Below are positions 52,118-61,097 of a stretch of DNA of 64,000 nt, piece by piece (positions within the stretch are counted from its first letter, which is position 1; every line of letters begins with the position of its first letter). The notes under the pieces are model-generated. The model made no database searches, was not told the origin of the DNA, and worked only from the letters and a program-made list of their open reading frames with translations. This DNA is from an uncultured Christensenellaceae bacterium (GTDB lineage: Bacteria; Bacillota; Clostridia; Christensenellales; Borkfalkiaceae). The DNA lies in contig CAJUJO010000001.1 of NCBI GenBank assembly GCA_910586675.1, positions 6,377 through 70,376 on the forward strand, read 5' to 3'. The position numbers were made by a program, and so were the translations under genes.

Positions 52118-53203
52118 ATGTTCATAAAAAAATTAACGCTCGTCAATTTCAGAAATTACGAAGGGGAAACGTTCGCCTTTTCCGAAGGCGTCAACGTGCT
52201 TTCGGGCAGGAACGCGCAGGGCAAGACCAACTGCGCGGAAGCCGTGTTTTACCTGTGCACGGGCGCATCCCTCCGTATTCGCCACGACAGACAGCTCATC
52301 CGCCACGGGGAGAGCTGCGCTTCTCTTCGCGCCGAAGCGGAGAGCCGGTACGGAAGCGTTGTTCTGGAAGCGGACGTTTTTGAGAATAAGCGGGAGCTCC
52401 GCGTGAACGGGAGCAAGGTTTCCCGCACGGCGGACTTCATCGGAAACATGAACAGCGTGTTTTTCTCCCCCGGCGAGCTACGGCTCATTCAGGACGGGCC
52501 GGACGAACGCAGGCGCTTTCTGAACCTTTCCATTTCGCAGACCTCGCGCGCTTATTGCACCGCGCTGCAACGGTATAACAAGATTCTCGAACAGCGCAAC
52601 AACCTCTTGAAGGAGCGGGACGCTTCGCTCATTTTAGAAACCCTGCCCGTGTGGGACGAGCAGCTCGCCCGCTACGCCGCCGTGATCGTGCGGCACAGAA
52701 GGGAGTTTTTGAGCAAACTTTCGCCGCTTGCGGCGGAAGCGCACGCCTACCTTACCGACGGCGCGGAAACGCTTACGCTCGGCAGCGATCGGGAATACGA
52801 AGGGGGCGAGGAGGAGATCGCCGCGCGGCTCGTCCGCGAGCTGGGCGGTGCGTACGAGCGGGATATTCGCCTCGGGTTTACGACGGTCGGGCCGCACCGC
52901 GACGACATCAAAATTTCCATCGACGGAACGGACGCGCGCGGCTACGCTTCGCAGGGGCAGACGCGCACGGCGGCGCTTTCGTTAAAGCTCGCCGAAGTGG
53001 AGATATTCAAGGAAATTTCGGGCGAAGCGCCCGTCCTCGTTTTGGACGACGTGATGAGCGAGCTCGACCTGCCCCGCCGTAAAAAGCTGCTCTCGCGGGT
53101 GAACGGCATACAGTGCATTCTCACCTGCACGCATTCCGAGCGCGTGCTGTACGGCACGGAAACCAATAAGATCCGCATTCAGGGGGGAAGAATCGTTCCG
53201 TGA
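52118..53203 (+). CDS. recF: DNA replication and repair protein RecF
   Basis: 361 aa from MFIKKLTLVNFRNYE, with Walker A GRNAQGKTN, the signature motif SQGQTRTAALSLKLAE and Walker B VLVLDDV. Confidence 0.92.
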   Translation: MFIKKLTLVNFRNYEGETFAFSEGVNVLSGRNAQGKTNCAEAVFYLCTGASLRIRHDRQLIRHGESCASLRAEAESRYGSVVLEADVFENKRELRVNGSKVSRTADFIGNMNSVFFSPGELRLIQDGPDERRRFLNLSISQTSRAYCTALQRYNKILEQRNNLLKERDASLILETLPVWDEQLARYAAVIVRHRREFLSKLSPLAAEAHAYLTDGAETLTLGSDREYEGGEEEIAARLVRELGGAYERDIRLGFTTVGPHRDDIKISIDGTDARGYASQGQTRTAALSLKLAEVEIFKEISGEAPVLVLDDVMSELDLPRRKKLLSRVNGIQCILTCTHSERVLYGTETNKIRIQGGRIVP

Positions 53204-54042
53204 AAGCCGATTTGCATCTGCATTCGGTCTATTCGGACGGAAAATATTCGCCCGAAGAGATCGCCCGCCGCGCAAAGCAAGCGGGACTCAAACTGTTTTC
53301 GCTTACCGATCACGACAATATGGGCGGCAGCGAAGAAGCGGAAGCTGCGGCGCAAAAATACGGGCTTCATTTCGTGCGCGGGTGGGAGGTTTCCTCGTAC
53401 GATGACTGCAAGGTGCACGTTTTGGGGTACGGCTGCCGCGGCGGGGCGGCATATCGGGACTTTCTCGAACGGCGTAAAACGGGCGGATTGCTCCGCGCGC
53501 GGGATATGCTGGAAAAGGCCAATTCTTATTTTTGCACGTCGCTCACGATGAACGACGTCGAGCGCGAGCACTTAAAAAAGGACGCGCCGCTCCATACTAT
53601 GCACGTCGTGCGGGCGTTCGCAAGACGGTTGAGCGTGAAGGCGGACGCGCTCTATTTAAGCGCCTTCGATAGGGGCAAGCCCTGCTATTCCGATTTATAC
53701 CGCCCTTTGCCCGAACACGCGATCGAGGCGATCCGCGCCGACGGCGGGATCTCTTCTTTGGCGCACCCGGGGCGCATTGCCTTGGATTTTGCCGCGAAGG
53801 AAGCGCTCATGCTGCGGCTCGTTTCGGCAGGGCTCGACGGTATAGAATGCGTATATACCACGCATACTGCTGAGGAAACGGCTTATTTCGAGGCGTTCGC
53901 GCGCAGGCGCGGCTTGTTCACGACGGGCGGATCCGACTTTCACGAAGAGGGCGGGCGCGCCGTGTTGGGAAATCCCGCGTTCCGTGCGGACGGGCGATTG
54001 CTCGCAGCGCTCGGGATACCGTTTGGCGGAGGCGGTGAATGA
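53200..54042 (+). CDS. PHP-domain phosphoesterase (TrpH/YciV-like)
   Basis: 280 aa with a GTG start overlapping the recF stop (GTGA). Carries DLHLHSVYSDG and LTDHD motifs. Confidence 0.8.
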   Translation: MKADLHLHSVYSDGKYSPEEIARRAKQAGLKLFSLTDHDNMGGSEEAEAAAQKYGLHFVRGWEVSSYDDCKVHVLGYGCRGGAAYRDFLERRKTGGLLRARDMLEKANSYFCTSLTMNDVEREHLKKDAPLHTMHVVRAFARRLSVKADALYLSAFDRGKPCYSDLYRPLPEHAIEAIRADGGISSLAHPGRIALDFAAKEALMLRLVSAGLDGIECVYTTHTAEETAYFEAFARRRGLFTTGGSDFHEEGGRAVLGNPAFRADGRLLAALGIPFGGGGE

Positions 54043-55352
54043 AGAGAATTTTTACGGTTGCACTGACGCTCCTCTTTGCGGGGAGCGTTTTTCCTTTTTC
54101 GGGTTGCGCTTGGGGCGGGCGCGTAAAGGCTGACGTTACGGTAGAGGGCGTCGTCGTGGGCGGTTTGACGTACGCGGAGGCCGAGCGCGCCGTGCGGGAA
54201 AAAATCGCGGGCGGGCTTGCTCCGCTCACCGTCTGCGCGCCGTCGGGAAACGTAACCTTTGCTTATCCCGAAATTTCCTTTACGGACGACGTGTCCGCGT
54301 TGGTGCGGCGCGCCAAGCGCGGGGACAGACTTGCCGCGCGCATAAGGCGCAATTGGGCGGAAGCGGAGCGCCGTTTGGAAGAGATATGCGCGCAAAATGC
54401 GCGGCAGGCGGTAAATGCCGAACTTACTTTTTCCGCAAAGGGGTTTGAATATTCGGCGGGGGAAAACGGCGTTCGCTGCGATTACAACGCGCTTCTTTCC
54501 GATACGGCAAGGGCGCTGCGGGAAGGCGGGGAAACCGTAATGCTCCGCTGCGGCGAATATGCGCCCGAGATTACGGAGGAATCGCTCCGCGCGCGCACGC
54601 AGGCGCTTTCGGAATTTACCACCTATTACGACGGGGACAATCGCCCGCGCAGCCATAATATCGCGTTGGCGGCGGAACGCGTTTCCGGCACGGTATTGGA
54701 GCCGAACGCGGAATTTTCCTTCAACGCGGCGGTGGGCAAGCGCACTGCGGAAAACGGGTTCGAAGAAGCTACCGTCATTCAGGACGGGGAATTTGCAAAG
54801 GGGATCGGCGGGGGCGTGTGCCAGACGAGCACGACGCTTTTCAATGCGGCGCTCCGCGCGGGAATGAAGATCACCGAAAGCCGTAACCACTCCCTCGCCA
54901 TAAGCTATGTGCCTTATTCGCTCGACGCGATGGTGTCCGAATACAGTGATTTGAAATTCGTAAATCCCTACGCGTTCCCCGTTTATATTCTCGCGCGCGC
55001 GGAGGGCGACGGCGTGAAGTTCGAGTTTTTCGGCATGCCCGACGGCTTGCGCTACGAAACGGAGAGCAGGATTCTGCTCCGCGTGAAGCCGCCCGAAGCG
55101 AAAATCGTGGAAGGGGAGAAAAACGCCGTTCTCCGCGCCGAAAAGGAGGGGATCGCCAGCGAGAGTTATCTGCTCGTTTACAATGGGGACGGAAAGCTTT
55201 TATCCCGCACGCTGATCCGGCGGGACAGCTATGCCGCGGTGCAGGGCATCTATCAGGTCGCCCCTTCGGAGGAAGAGCCGCCTGCGGGGGAAGAAGACGG
55301 CGATTACGGCATATCTCCGCACGGCGAGGGGGAATTTGAGCTTTTCGGTTGA
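54039..55352 (+). CDS. VanW-family protein, probable lipoprotein
   Basis: 437 aa with a signal peptide and lipobox-like FSGC, plus the VanW core GGGVCQTSTTLFNAALRAGMKITESRNHS. ATGA overlap with the PHP gene. Confidence 0.85.
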   Translation: MKRIFTVALTLLFAGSVFPFSGCAWGGRVKADVTVEGVVVGGLTYAEAERAVREKIAGGLAPLTVCAPSGNVTFAYPEISFTDDVSALVRRAKRGDRLAARIRRNWAEAERRLEEICAQNARQAVNAELTFSAKGFEYSAGENGVRCDYNALLSDTARALREGGETVMLRCGEYAPEITEESLRARTQALSEFTTYYDGDNRPRSHNIALAAERVSGTVLEPNAEFSFNAAVGKRTAENGFEEATVIQDGEFAKGIGGGVCQTSTTLFNAALRAGMKITESRNHSLAISYVPYSLDAMVSEYSDLKFVNPYAFPVYILARAEGDGVKFEFFGMPDGLRYETESRILLRVKPPEAKIVEGEKNAVLRAEKEGIASESYLLVYNGDGKLLSRTLIRRDSYAAVQGIYQVAPSEEEPPAGEEDGDYGISPHGEGEFELFG

Positions 55353-55381
55353 AAAAATTGCGTAAAACGGTGAAAAATAAG

Positions 55382-55410
55382 TTGATTTTTCCGTCCGTTT
55401 CGGCTATAAT
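55382..55410 (+). promoter_or_regulatory. sigma-70-like promoter for rplS
   Basis: TTGATT (55382-55387), 17 nt, TATAAT (55405-55410). The leader is about 65 nt. Confidence 0.6.
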
Positions 55411-55479
55411 AGCAAAGACTTCGGGCGTTCCTCTGCCGTTTTCGGGAATGAACGTCGCGTAAATATCGGAGGTAAAGTC

Positions 55480-55824
55480 ATGAATGGTTTGATCGAAGCG
55501 ATTGAAGCGGAAGGCATGAAGGAAACCGTTCCCCAGTTCAACGTAGGCGATACCGTTAAAGTCGGTTACCGTATCATCGAGGGCGGAAAGGAAAGAATTC
55601 AGAACTTTGAAGGCGTCGTCATCGCAAAGAAAAACGGCGGCATCCGCGAAACCTTCACGGTAAGGCGCCTTTCGTTCGGCGTCGGCGTGGAGCGCTGCTT
55701 CCCCGTTCATTCGCCCAAGGTGGCGTACGTGAACGTCGTAAGAGCGGGTAAGGTAAGAAGGGCAAAGCTCTATTATCTGAGAGGGCTTACGGGCAAAGCC
55801 GCAAAAATCAAAGAAGTAAAGTAA
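55480..55824 (+). CDS. rplS: 50S ribosomal protein L19
   Basis: 114 aa; [11 protein letters not shown]...[21 protein letters not shown] is diagnostic. Confidence 0.97.
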   Translation: MNGLIEAIEAEGMKETVPQFNVGDTVKVGYRIIEGGKERIQNFEGVVIAKKNGGIRETFTVRRLSFGVGVERCFPVHSPKVAYVNVVRAGKVRRAKLYYLRGLTGKAAKIKEVK

Positions 55825-55842
55825 ATCCGTTGGTTCGGAAAG

Positions 55843-55876
55843 AACAGCGCGCCAAAAGTCAATGGCGCGCTGTTTT
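55843..55876. terminator. bidirectional rho-independent terminator
   Basis: ACAGCGCGCC-10 nt loop-GGCGCGCTGT followed by TTTT, between convergent genes. Confidence 0.7.
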
Positions 55877-55880
55877 ACTT

Positions 55881-56255
55881 TTAATTTCCGTTTCTCTTTA
55901 CCAGGTACCATACCCAGGAGAAGAGAAAGAGAAATACAATCGCGGGAAGAAAAAGGACAATCGATAAGGTTACGCAGCCGATGTCTTTTTCGTATTCGCT
56001 GCGGAAATACCCGTCTACGGGATTATCGTAGGATTTTCTGATTTTTTCGGGCGACGGAAGGGATACGATACCCGTTTTCAGCGTATAGAAAAGGCAATAG
56101 ACCAAATAGGCGAACGCGGGCGCGCCGAGGAGTGCAAAATATATGCGTACGCCCGTCGTTACCGCAATCGCAATGATTGCGGTCAAATATAAAACCGTAC
56201 ACAGCGCGGCGGCTTTCAGCCCGCGGTCTGCAATATCTCGATCGTGATTTCGCAA
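55881..56255 (-). CDS. small multi-TM membrane protein of unknown function
   Basis: 124 aa with a TTG start 7 nt after AGGAG and three to four hydrophobic helices. No recognisable motif. Confidence 0.5.
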   Translation of the reverse strand: MRNHDRDIADRGLKAAALCTVLYLTAIIAIAVTTGVRIYFALLGAPAFAYLVYCLFYTLKTGIVSLPSPEKIRKSYDNPVDGYFRSEYEKDIGCVTLSIVLFLPAIVFLFLFSWVWYLVKRNGN

Positions 56256-56416
56256 AACATTTTCTCCTTTCTTTCAGCAAGAATTCGGCGATTGGGCCGA
56301 TATTATATCTTATCGCGAGCGCGCCGCACGGGGTGCTATTTGTCTTTCAAAAAATCGAGAACGCGTTTTTTCCCTTTCTTTCCCGTTAATTTTTAATTGA
56401 AATTCCGAAAAATCCG

Positions 56417-56445
56417 TTTACAATTTACGCGGAATGCGTTAGAAT
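56417..56445 (+). promoter_or_regulatory. sigma-70-like promoter for the 660-aa membrane protein gene
   Basis: TTTACA (56417-56422), 17 nt, TAGAAT (56440-56445). Confidence 0.5.
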
Positions 56446-56478
56446 AGAAAATATCATATAATAAGGAATAGTTTACCT

Positions 56479-58461
56479 ATGGCAAAAATTTTCGGCAAGT
56501 GGAAAAAATTCTCCGTGTTTGCGCGCGCGTTCGCAATTCTTGCGCTCGTCTTTTTCCTCGTCGGGCTGGGCACGCTCGGATCGGTGCAGTCGACGGGCGG
56601 AAATTTCGAGTTGAGCAGCGCGGAAAAAGCGCAGGTTATTTTCCGCCTCGAAAAGGGCGAGAATCAGAAGCGTCTCAAACAAATTTATATTAACGTGGGC
56701 GCAATCTACAACGAAGTCGGTTCGGTTGCAACGCTCAGAATGGGGCGCTCTACGAGTGCGACGGGCAGCTATTCCATTTACGAGCCGGGGGATGCGAAGA
56801 TTGCCAATCTCTTCCAAAAAGTCGAGGAAGGAAAGGAAAAGGATGAAAAGGCGATAGACGGCGCCGTTTACAACTGGATCGCCCCCTTCGACATGGGGGA
56901 TAACGGCATTTCCCTCGATACCTATAAATATTATAAACTCACGGCGCGCACCTGCAATGTCGTGGTGAACGAGGTCGTGTTCGTCGCCGACGACGATACC
57001 GTCGTGAAAGCGGAGATAGATGCCGCGTCCGTTCTGCCTTACGGCTCGGGTGAAACGGCGGAGACGGCGAGAAAGCGCGCGGAAGCGCTGCTCGACAGGC
57101 AGTATATTCCCTCTCTCGCGCAGTCGTCTTTCTTCCGTTTCGGGGAAGAAGAGGTCTACTCCATGCTCACGGCGGACGAGATCCGCGCGGGGAATACGTT
57201 GCTCCGCCAGCCTTCCGGCGCGCCCGCGCACATGAATTATCATGCGGATAAGGTATACGGCGCTCTGGGAAATGATCTGCTTACGCTCGGCGTGAGTATT
57301 TTCGGCAGAAGTCCGTTCGGCTTGCGCGTTTTTCCGTTTCTCGCGTCCTTCGGCGTTTTGGTGTTCGGCTTTCTGTTCGTGAAGTCTCTTACAAAGAGCG
57401 ACAAGGCGGGCTTTGCCTTCGCGCTTCTGTACGCGCTCTGCGGACTTTCGCTCGGCTTCGGACATCTGGGAACGCCGCTCACGATGGGATTGTTCTTCTT
57501 TACGGCTTCCCTGTACGCTTGTTACGGCTTCTATTCCAAGGGCTTGAAAAAGATAAATTTCAAGGGCGTTCTGCCCCTGCTCCTTTCGGGCTTGTCCGCT
57601 GCGGCGGCAATTTGCGTGCACGGCGCGTTTGCGGTGCCCGTCGTCGGAGTGATAGGGCTGTTCGCGGCTGGAATGGTACGCCAGCAGAAAGCGAAGAATT
57701 TTGTCCTCGATAAGGCGATCGCCGAAGCGGAAGCGCTTCCCGAGGACGCTTCGGGAGAGGAAACGCTTGCGGCAAAGGAAAAGGTCGCCGGTACGCTCAA
57801 CGAATACCGCAACAAAAATATTGCGGCGCCCGCCGTGTACTTTGCGGCGCTTCTCCTCGGCGCGCTGGTAATATCGCTGATTGCGCTCATCCCCATGTAT
57901 TTCACGTATGTGAAAATCTACGATAATCCCGCCTCGCCCTCGCTCAACATCTTCGTTTTTCTGTGGAAGAGCTTTACGGGCGGATTTGTCGGCGCGAACG
58001 TTCTTTCGCAGAGCGCTTCGGGCTGGACATTGTTTTATCCGCTCTTTAAGGGCGCGGGAGAGCTTTACGCGGTTACCGGCTCCTTCGTCAACGTTGCCGC
58101 CCTGCTTGCGGGTGCGTACGGTTTGAGCTTTGCCGTGTTCACTCTCGTCTGCGTGCTCGCCAAGAGGCAGAAGGGCAAGGAAGTGCGCGCTGCCGTACGC
58201 GCTGCCCTCATACCGCTCGCGGGGCTCGCGCTCATGCTCGTTACGGCTGCTTTCGCAAGCGGAAGCGGCGCATTCGTGTTCGGTGCGTATACGTTCGCCT
58301 TTATGCTCGGCGCAAACGCGGTCAAGGAGATATGGCAGTATAAATCGGGCGGAATTGCGCTTGTCGTTTGTACGATTTTGCTCGGCTTGTGCTTTGCTGC
58401 AATGACGCCTTGGCTCTTCTCTATCCCTCTCCCTGCCGCGGTGCAGGCGGTGTTCGGTTAA
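56479..58461 (+). CDS. polytopic membrane protein, possibly a GT-C (PMT/GT39-like) glycosyltransferase with an expanded first extracytoplasmic loop
   Basis: 660 aa. A signal-anchor TM, a ~190-aa soluble insert, then FGEEEVYS...LLTLGVSIFGRSPFGLRVFPFLASFGVLVFGFLFVKSL.., which resembles the DE-loop/TM2-3 region of PMT_2-type enzymes, followed by about 10 more TM helices. Confidence 0.45.
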   Translation: MAKIFGKWKKFSVFARAFAILALVFFLVGLGTLGSVQSTGGNFELSSAEKAQVIFRLEKGENQKRLKQIYINVGAIYNEVGSVATLRMGRSTSATGSYSIYEPGDAKIANLFQKVEEGKEKDEKAIDGAVYNWIAPFDMGDNGISLDTYKYYKLTARTCNVVVNEVVFVADDDTVVKAEIDAASVLPYGSGETAETARKRAEALLDRQYIPSLAQSSFFRFGEEEVYSMLTADEIRAGNTLLRQPSGAPAHMNYHADKVYGALGNDLLTLGVSIFGRSPFGLRVFPFLASFGVLVFGFLFVKSLTKSDKAGFAFALLYALCGLSLGFGHLGTPLTMGLFFFTASLYACYGFYSKGLKKINFKGVLPLLLSGLSAAAAICVHGAFAVPVVGVIGLFAAGMVRQQKAKNFVLDKAIAEAEALPEDASGEETLAAKEKVAGTLNEYRNKNIAAPAVYFAALLLGALVISLIALIPMYFTYVKIYDNPASPSLNIFVFLWKSFTGGFVGANVLSQSASGWTLFYPLFKGAGELYAVTGSFVNVAALLAGAYGLSFAVFTLVCVLAKRQKGKEVRAAVRAALIPLAGLALMLVTAAFASGSGAFVFGAYTFAFMLGANAVKEIWQYKSGGIALVVCTILLGLCFAAMTPWLFSIPLPAAVQAVFG

Positions 58462-58479
58462 GCGGGGAGGATACGGAAG

Positions 58480-60003
58480 ATGATCGCGAAGATAACTTGT
58501 TACACGCTGAGCGGCTTGGAAGGCGTGCCCGTCGAGGTGGAAACGGACGTAAACAAGGGCATCCCCGCCTATGAGATGGTGGGGCTTCCCGATACCGCCG
58601 TAAAGGAATCCAAGGAGCGCGTGCGCTCCGCCATCAAGAACAGCGGCATGCTGTTTCCCATGCACAAGATAACCGTGAATTTTGCGCCCGCGGACATTAA
58701 GAAGGAGGGCGCGATCTTCGATTTGGCGATCGCCGTGAGTTTGCTCAAAGCGAGCGAACAGCTCGTCGGCGCGGACGTACGCGATACCGTATTTTTGGGC
58801 GAGCTTGCGCTCGACGGCTCTCTGCGCCCCGTGAACGGGCTTTTGCCCATTCTCATTTCGGCGAAGGGGCACGGCTACCGCAAATTCATTATTCCCGCGG
58901 GCAACGCGCGGGAGGCGCGCTTTTTGGGCGGCGCGGAAATTTATCCCGCAGATTCGCTTATTCAGGTTGTGCGTCAATTAATCGGCGCACAGCCGCTCGA
59001 AGCGCTTGAAACGGCGGAGTTCGCCGTACACGCGGGCAAGCGGTCTTCTGCCGATTTGAGCTTTGTAAGGGGGCAACCGATGGCGCGGCGGGCGCTGGAA
59101 ATCGCCGTGTCGGGCGGGCATAACCTGCTCATGGTCGGACCGCCCGGAACGGGCAAGACTATGCTCGCGCGGTGTCTGCCCACCGTTATGCCCGATCTGA
59201 CCTTTGAAGAAGCGCTGGAAATCACAAAAATACATTCGGTTGCGGGAATGCTCGGCGAAGAGGGGATCATCACCGAACGCCCCTTCCGCACGCCGCACCA
59301 CACGGCGACGACCGTTTCCATGTGCGGCGGCGGAAACCGCAGCGTTCACCCCGGCGAGATTTCCCTCGCGCACGGCGGCGTGCTCTTTCTGGACGAGCTG
59401 CCCGAATACAAGCGCTCTACCCTGGAAGCGCTCCGCCAGCCGCTCGAAGACGGCGTAATCACCATCGCGCGTTCGGCGGGCGTCGTAACCTATCCCGCGC
59501 GGTTTATGCTCTGCGCGAGCATGAATCCCTGCCCTTGCGGCAATTACGGTTCGGCGAATCTTACGTGCACCTGTTCGCCCGCGGAAATCAGGCGTTACCG
59601 CGCCAAGGTTTCCGGCCCTCTTCTCGACCGTATCGACTTGCAGGTGGAGGTGGACGCCGTCGCCTACGACGACCTTTCGTCCGAAGCGCGCGCGGAAAGT
59701 TCGGCTTCGGTAAAGGAGCGGGTGGACGACGCGCGTAAGATCCAGCGCAACCGCTTCGAGGGGAGCGCTCTTACCGTCAATGCGGAAATGGGCGAGCGGG
59801 AAATAAGGGGGTTCTGCAAGCTGAACGCCGAGTGCGACGCCATCCTTCGCGCCGCGTTCGAGAAAATGAAGCTTTCCGCCCGCGCAAGGGCGCGCATTAT
59901 CAAGGTCGCGCGGACGATCGCCGATCTGGACGCGAGCGAAAATATTCAGCCCAAACACGTGTACGAAGCGGTGTCCTACCGCATTTACGATAAACTCGGT
60001 TGA
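58480..60003 (+). CDS. comM: YifB/ComM-family Mg-chelatase-like AAA+ ATPase
   Basis: 507 aa with a Lon-protease-like N-terminal domain, Walker A GPPGTGKTM and Walker B VLFLDEL. Confidence 0.92.
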   Translation: MIAKITCYTLSGLEGVPVEVETDVNKGIPAYEMVGLPDTAVKESKERVRSAIKNSGMLFPMHKITVNFAPADIKKEGAIFDLAIAVSLLKASEQLVGADVRDTVFLGELALDGSLRPVNGLLPILISAKGHGYRKFIIPAGNAREARFLGGAEIYPADSLIQVVRQLIGAQPLEALETAEFAVHAGKRSSADLSFVRGQPMARRALEIAVSGGHNLLMVGPPGTGKTMLARCLPTVMPDLTFEEALEITKIHSVAGMLGEEGIITERPFRTPHHTATTVSMCGGGNRSVHPGEISLAHGGVLFLDELPEYKRSTLEALRQPLEDGVITIARSAGVVTYPARFMLCASMNPCPCGNYGSANLTCTCSPAEIRRYRAKVSGPLLDRIDLQVEVDAVAYDDLSSEARAESSASVKERVDDARKIQRNRFEGSALTVNAEMGEREIRGFCKLNAECDAILRAAFEKMKLSARARARIIKVARTIADLDASENIQPKHVYEAVSYRIYDKLG

Positions 60004-60014
60004 GGGAAGAAGCT

Positions 60015-61088
60015 ATGGAATATTCCTCTGCGGAACGCGCGCTCCTCTGGCTGTGCGCGTGTACGGATACCGAAGAACGTACCCGCGCCGCTCTTCTGCG
60101 CGCGGCGGGAGATCCCGAACGGTTATTTCGAGATTGGGAAAAATTTTCTTCCGCAGTGATAAAATCGGGTGAAAAGGGTGTATATAATAGTAGCCGCGCC
60201 GCGCGCGAACGGCAGGCGGACGACTTTCTTTGTGAGCTTCGGAATAAAGGATATTTCGCGGTAACGCCCCTTTCGGACGACTATCCGGAATCCCTGCGCG
60301 CTATTTCACCGCCGCCGCTCGTCCTGTACGGAAGCGGCAACCGCGCCCTTCTGAAAGAGCGCAAGTTCTGTATCGTCGGCTCGCGCATAACGCCCCCTTG
60401 GGCGGAAAAGCAGGGGAGAATCGTTTCCGAAAAGATTTCGGAACGGTTCGCCGTCGTAACGGGGCTGGCGGAGGGCGGCGACAGCGCCGCGATCGAAGGC
60501 GCTCTGCCGCGCGGCAAGCTCATCTGCGTGCTTCCCAACGGGTTGGATCAATGTTATCCCGCGGGGCACGCGTCGTTAAAGAAGAAAATCGAAGGAGCGG
60601 GCTTGCTCCTTTCCGAATATCCGCCCGCGGTTGCGCTCAAAAAATATCATTTCCACGCGCGCAACCGCATTCTTGCGGGGCTTTCGGAAGGCGTGCTTGT
60701 CCTTTCTGCGGGGGTTCGGAGCGGCACGCTCATCACCGCGGACTTTGCGGCGGAATACGGGCGGGACGTGTTCGCCTTTCCCCATAACTTAGGCGCTTCT
60801 CAGGGCGCGGGGTGTAACGAACTCATCAAAAAGGGCGCGTACCTTTGCACTTGCGCCGAAGATATTCTCTCCTGTTACGGGCTGGAATGCGCCGCTTCCG
60901 TGCGGGAAGCGCTCACGCCGTCGGAAGAGCGTGTGTTAAACGTATTGCGGGAGGGCGGGGAATTGCACGCCGCGCTCGTCGCGGAACGCGCGGGCATGCA
61001 GGTGTTCGAGGCAATCGCAGCGCTGTCCTCTCTCGAAATCAAAAATTACGCGGTAAAATCGGGCGGAAACCGATATGCGGCGGTATAA
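60015..61088 (+). CDS. dprA: DNA-processing protein DprA (Smf)
   Basis: The Rossmann-like core (IVGSR....GR......L......VVTGLAEGGDSAA.EGAL) fits. ATG at 60015 after GAGGGAAG; the ORF track begins at a TTG at 60000. Confidence 0.9.
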   Translation: MEYSSAERALLWLCACTDTEERTRAALLRAAGDPERLFRDWEKFSSAVIKSGEKGVYNSSRAARERQADDFLCELRNKGYFAVTPLSDDYPESLRAISPPPLVLYGSGNRALLKERKFCIVGSRITPPWAEKQGRIVSEKISERFAVVTGLAEGGDSAAIEGALPRGKLICVLPNGLDQCYPAGHASLKKKIEGAGLLLSEYPPAVALKKYHFHARNRILAGLSEGVLVLSAGVRSGTLITADFAAEYGRDVFAFPHNLGASQGAGCNELIKKGAYLCTCAEDILSCYGLECAASVREALTPSEERVLNVLREGGELHAALVAERAGMQVFEAIAALSSLEIKNYAVKSGGNRYAAV

Positions 61089-61097
61089 AGGAGTTTT

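Noticed and set aside
54871-55911. 346-aa minus-strand ORF across the VanW 3' end and rplS.
   Set aside because: It is antisense to VanW and ribosomal protein L19 and spans the rplS promoter and leader. Its composition is Arg/Pro-rich.
56473-58977. 834-aa minus-strand ORF, the longest in the window.
   Set aside because: It is antisense to the 660-aa membrane protein and the comM 5' end. Its composition is dominated by Arg/Glu/Ala/Gly runs with no TM or domain pattern. The plus-strand genes have RBSs, a promoter and recognisable families.
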